From the NCBI GenBank assembly GCA_043228905.1, contig JBHGNT010000207.1:1-53139 (forward strand): 53,139 bases of DNA, written 5' to 3'. The notes beneath the pieces are model-generated. The model saw only the letters and a list, made by a program, of their open reading frames with translations. It had not been told where the DNA came from and did not search any database. Within the stretch, counting starts at the first letter, position 1. Every line of letters starts with the position of its first letter. Shown piece by piece: positions 49,861 to 53,139 of the stretch. This DNA is from Azolla caroliniana. Taxonomy: Eukaryota > Plantae > Polypodiophyta. A program made the translations under genes and the position numbers.

Positions 49861-52457
49861 CAAATTTGGTTTCGGTTGACGAAGCTCGGTTCGGAGTTGA
49901 CTACGAACCTTGTTGGAGTGCAGCCGGTTGGCTCACCCGATATCGTTCTAGTCGGATTTGAACCCGAGTCGGTTCGGCTTCGGATGTATGTATTGTTGAA
50001 CTTGCTCGAATTGACTCCGGTAACGTGAGGGACAGAACCGACTGGTCTTCCCGAATGTTGCCGAGTCGTAGTGAGCCCGGTTCGCTTCCGAATATATATG
50101 CCGAATACCGATTATTGAAACCGATTGTCTGGACCGATTCTGCTTCGGGTGACTGCAGCGACGAGAGAGACGGATCCAACTGATCCTCCCGAATGTCGAT
50201 CAGCCGGATGAAGCACGAATTGGGGTTGTTGTCTTGAGACCGATCTGCACCGAGTGGTTACAATGAGCGGCGAGCAGCGTTTGATGACCTCTTCGGATGC
50301 CGCTTAACCGAGTGGAGCACGATCGTGTCAATGTTGCACAAGGGGATTTCACCTCGAGCGGTTACGATCACAAGGAACAGAGTACAGTCGGCTGGCTTAC
50401 TCCAGGCGAGGATGATCTAACGCGATGAGATGCAAGCCTCGTTTTTCTTCTTCTTTTCTCTTCTTCAAATGACGCAAGAAACCGAATGCTGTGCAGGCTG
50501 AGACGACGGCCGACAGCGGGTTGGAGAACCGAATACTGTGCAGGCTCTGATACCAGATGTTGGGGACAAGGCCGTGTCGATGCGGAAGATCAAGTAGCCT
50601 TCAGTTGTTGTTGTGTACCTGCGTATGATAGTTTGCAATGTCGTGCACAGAGATTGAGAGAGAGAGAGAGAGAGAGAGAGGCACAAAACTACTCTTTCTA
50701 TTCAATAGAAAGAAATAATACAACCAACCTTACAAAAAGGTTACTAGGTCACTTTATATAGTGACCGACTTAGGGCAACTACCCTTTATGCTAATTACAC
50801 AAATGGCCCAAACTTGAGCTATACAAAGGGATAGTGTGAATACGTCCATTATACACTTGTATTCGACAGAAGTGGCCTTCTCCGTCCTCGAGTTATCATC
50901 AATCTTCTTTTCATATTGGATGCGTTGTTTAGGCGTCTCGACTTCTTTAGATGGTTTTGATTTTTCTACGTTTGGTTTTACCAAGTCAATATCATCAAAC
51001 CATTGATGACGCCTGTCGATCTTGTTGCATGCTTGCTTCACCACAACCCTGTCCGCCACAAGCCCGTTCGCTTAGGTATCATCTTCACGAAGAGTCCCCA
51101 ATTCTCGTCTATCTTTCATGTCCACAGCTTTCAAGAAGTACAAAGTCTTGTCCTCCTCAAGTAGCACTTGGTATGTGGCGGGGAGACGACGAAACATTTG
51201 GTCGAACTCGTCATACACCCTCGAAGTGCTCATCTTCTTATTTTTCTTTTTTATCCACTTCATCAAGGCATGTCGAGTCAACCTCCACAAATCTTCCATC
51301 ACGAACTCTGCTAATATCACTTTCTTGAACTCCGACCACGTTGTCTTCCTTTCTTGAAGCTCGATGACGCGCCTTTGGACGTTATTAGTGACCACTATCT
51401 TGAAACTCGTGATTTGACGTGCTTCAGACACATCCCTCTAATTCATCTCCCTTATGTATGCATCAAGGAACTTCGTAATGTTCCTTTCGTGAAGTTGACC
51501 CTCGAGCTCAACGACACGGTCGACAACCTTTTCCACGCGCGCATCGTTGTCTAGAGATCTCATCATTTGTTCGACAATTAGCATCATCCTCTCGAACTCA
51601 CCTGCTTGATTGCTTGAGGATGCCATCTCCAACTATTGGTTGATCCTTGACTTGATCCTTCCTACCACATCTTCATGTCGGGTTCACCAAGTAAGATGTC
51701 GAGGAAATCCTCGCGTGTTCAGGAAATGAAGCGGGACCATCGGGGTCCTGGACCGGAAGGATTCAATGTTTTTAGCAGCGTAAGTGAGAAAGTATTGAAG
51801 ATAGATAGATGGATGAAGAGAGAGAGAGAGAGAGAGAGAGATTGAGATAGAGGTTGAACCCTTGACTTCAGTTTTATGAGACAAGATACATCACCATTAG
51901 GATAACTCCGATCTTTGATTAAAAGTTTCTTTTTTTTTACTTACATCACTTCCCTCCCTTACACAAGCCCAACTATAGGTTTTTATAGGTCTCTCCATGC
52001 AAAAACCATGGGCTAAAACCACGGGCTATAACCATGGGCTAAAACCACGAGCTGAAACCATGGGCTAAAATCATGGTTTTGTGCCCACAGTTTCTATATG
52101 TTTGCTTCCTACAAAATACTAAATATGAAAAGAAAATATACAAAAGCACTCAGGTAAGTTAATTTGTTTCTTATCTTGGAGGTGCAAGGTTCAAGCCTTG
52201 CTTCCACCCTTATTATGTATGCACTTAAATGTTACTAGGCTTTAGTCTTATTTTTATATTTACAATTGAGCACACATCGCACATGCACATGTTTTAACTT
52301 TACATCTAGCTTTTCTTTTACGATTCTCATTTCAGTCCTATTTACAACATGCTAGCATATGCGTTGGTCTTCTCCCCTTTCACACGTGCACATTGCACCT
52401 TCTCGATTTCGTTCGTTGCACACAATTTTCACACCGTTGCCAAAAATCTTCATGACA

Positions 52458-53028
52458 AAGGATTGGTTGAATCCACCAACAAGACCTTGCAGAACATCCT
52501 CCGGAAAATAGTCACTGAAAACCAGACAGACTGGGACACGAAGCTGCAGAGTGCGCTATGGGCTTATTGGACTGCTTACAAGACGAGTATTCGGACAACA
52601 CCGTTCCGATTAGCTTTCGGATTGGAAGTGATAATGCCAATGGAGTTTCAAATTCCAAGTTTGCGGATTCAAGTCCGGGAAAGGTTAAGTGAGAAGGAAT
52701 CGGAAAAAATCTGGCTAGCAACATTGTGCGAACTAGAAGAGCACCGGATAGCTAGCATGCTACAGTTAGAGCTCGAGCAATGATGACGGAAAGTGTTCAT
52801 CGAGCGACACCGGAAGAGAAATGAGAAAATGTTCAGAATCGGCAAGTCGGTTTTGGTAATTCAGACCTGGATGGGCAAGATGTCGGGAAAGTTATGGTTT
52901 CAGTGGACTAGACTGTACTGGATAACGCGTGAGTTCAAAGGGTCGTATTAGCTAGGAACGCTGGCTGGCGAAATCTTGGAGAAGTGGGTAAACGGTTTTC
53001 GACTGAAACCGTATTGTGGACCAATGCC
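52458..53028 (+). pseudogene. Gypsy integrase C-terminal part, probably the continuation of the element broken at 38905
   Basis: GLVESTNKTLQNILRK...DWDTKLQSALWAY...TPFRLAFG, followed by a GPY/F-like segment. Confidence 0.8.
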
Positions 53029-53139
53029 GTGTGTAAAAACGAAGGTGCGGAAGCTTTAGACAACCGGGTTAACCAACCGGCGGACAGGGTTGTGGTGAAG
53101 CAAGCATGCAACAAGATCGACAGGCGTCATCAATGGTTT

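Larger units (their letters stand above)
45324..50868 (-). mobile_element. Full-length young Ty1/copia (Tork/Tnt1-like) retrotransposon
   Basis: LTRs 50868-50558 and 45636-45324 differ by 2 substitutions and one GA unit. 5 bp TSD GAAGT at 45319-45323 and 50869-50873. PBS TGGTATCAGAGC at 50555-50544. PPT GGGGGAG. Confidence 0.97.
43022..52457 (-). mobile_element. Non-autonomous gypsy-related element: 5' LTR 52457-51697, tRNA-Trp PBS, decayed gag plus repeat-rich ORF, PPT, 3' LTR 43759-43022; no pol; interrupted by a copia
   Basis: Two similar ~740-760 bp LTRs (TGTC...CGACA). PBS TGGTGAACCCGACATGAA at ~51689-51672. Gag-like frames from 51632 continue across the insertion to ~44000. PPT same as at 39737. 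Confidence 0.82.

Overview
Eukaryotic land-plant nuclear DNA. The intronless PLS-PPR style and the retroelement lineages suggest a fern or other non-seed vascular plant (inference). Four host genes can be rebuilt by hand with phase-consistent GT-AG introns: the 5' part of the SRP receptor beta subunit (-, runs off the left edge), a PLS-E PPR protein with an unusual N-terminal repeat region (+), a 4-exon gene for a histone stem-loop binding protein (SLBP) homologue (-), and a 10-exon plastid ACT-domain gene, ACR12 (-). Most of the rest is a nested stack of Ty1/copia and Ty3/gypsy LTR retroelements (about 12-21 kb and 34.7-53 kb). It includes one very young full-length copia with a TSD and a tRNA-Trp-primed gypsy pair. 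The main finding is the intact SLBP gene with three E2F-type sites in its promoter. SLBP belongs to the non-polyadenylated histone-mRNA pathway known from metazoans and some algae/protists but not described for flowering plants, whose histone mRNAs are polyadenylated. The ORF track misses it because introns split the domain.
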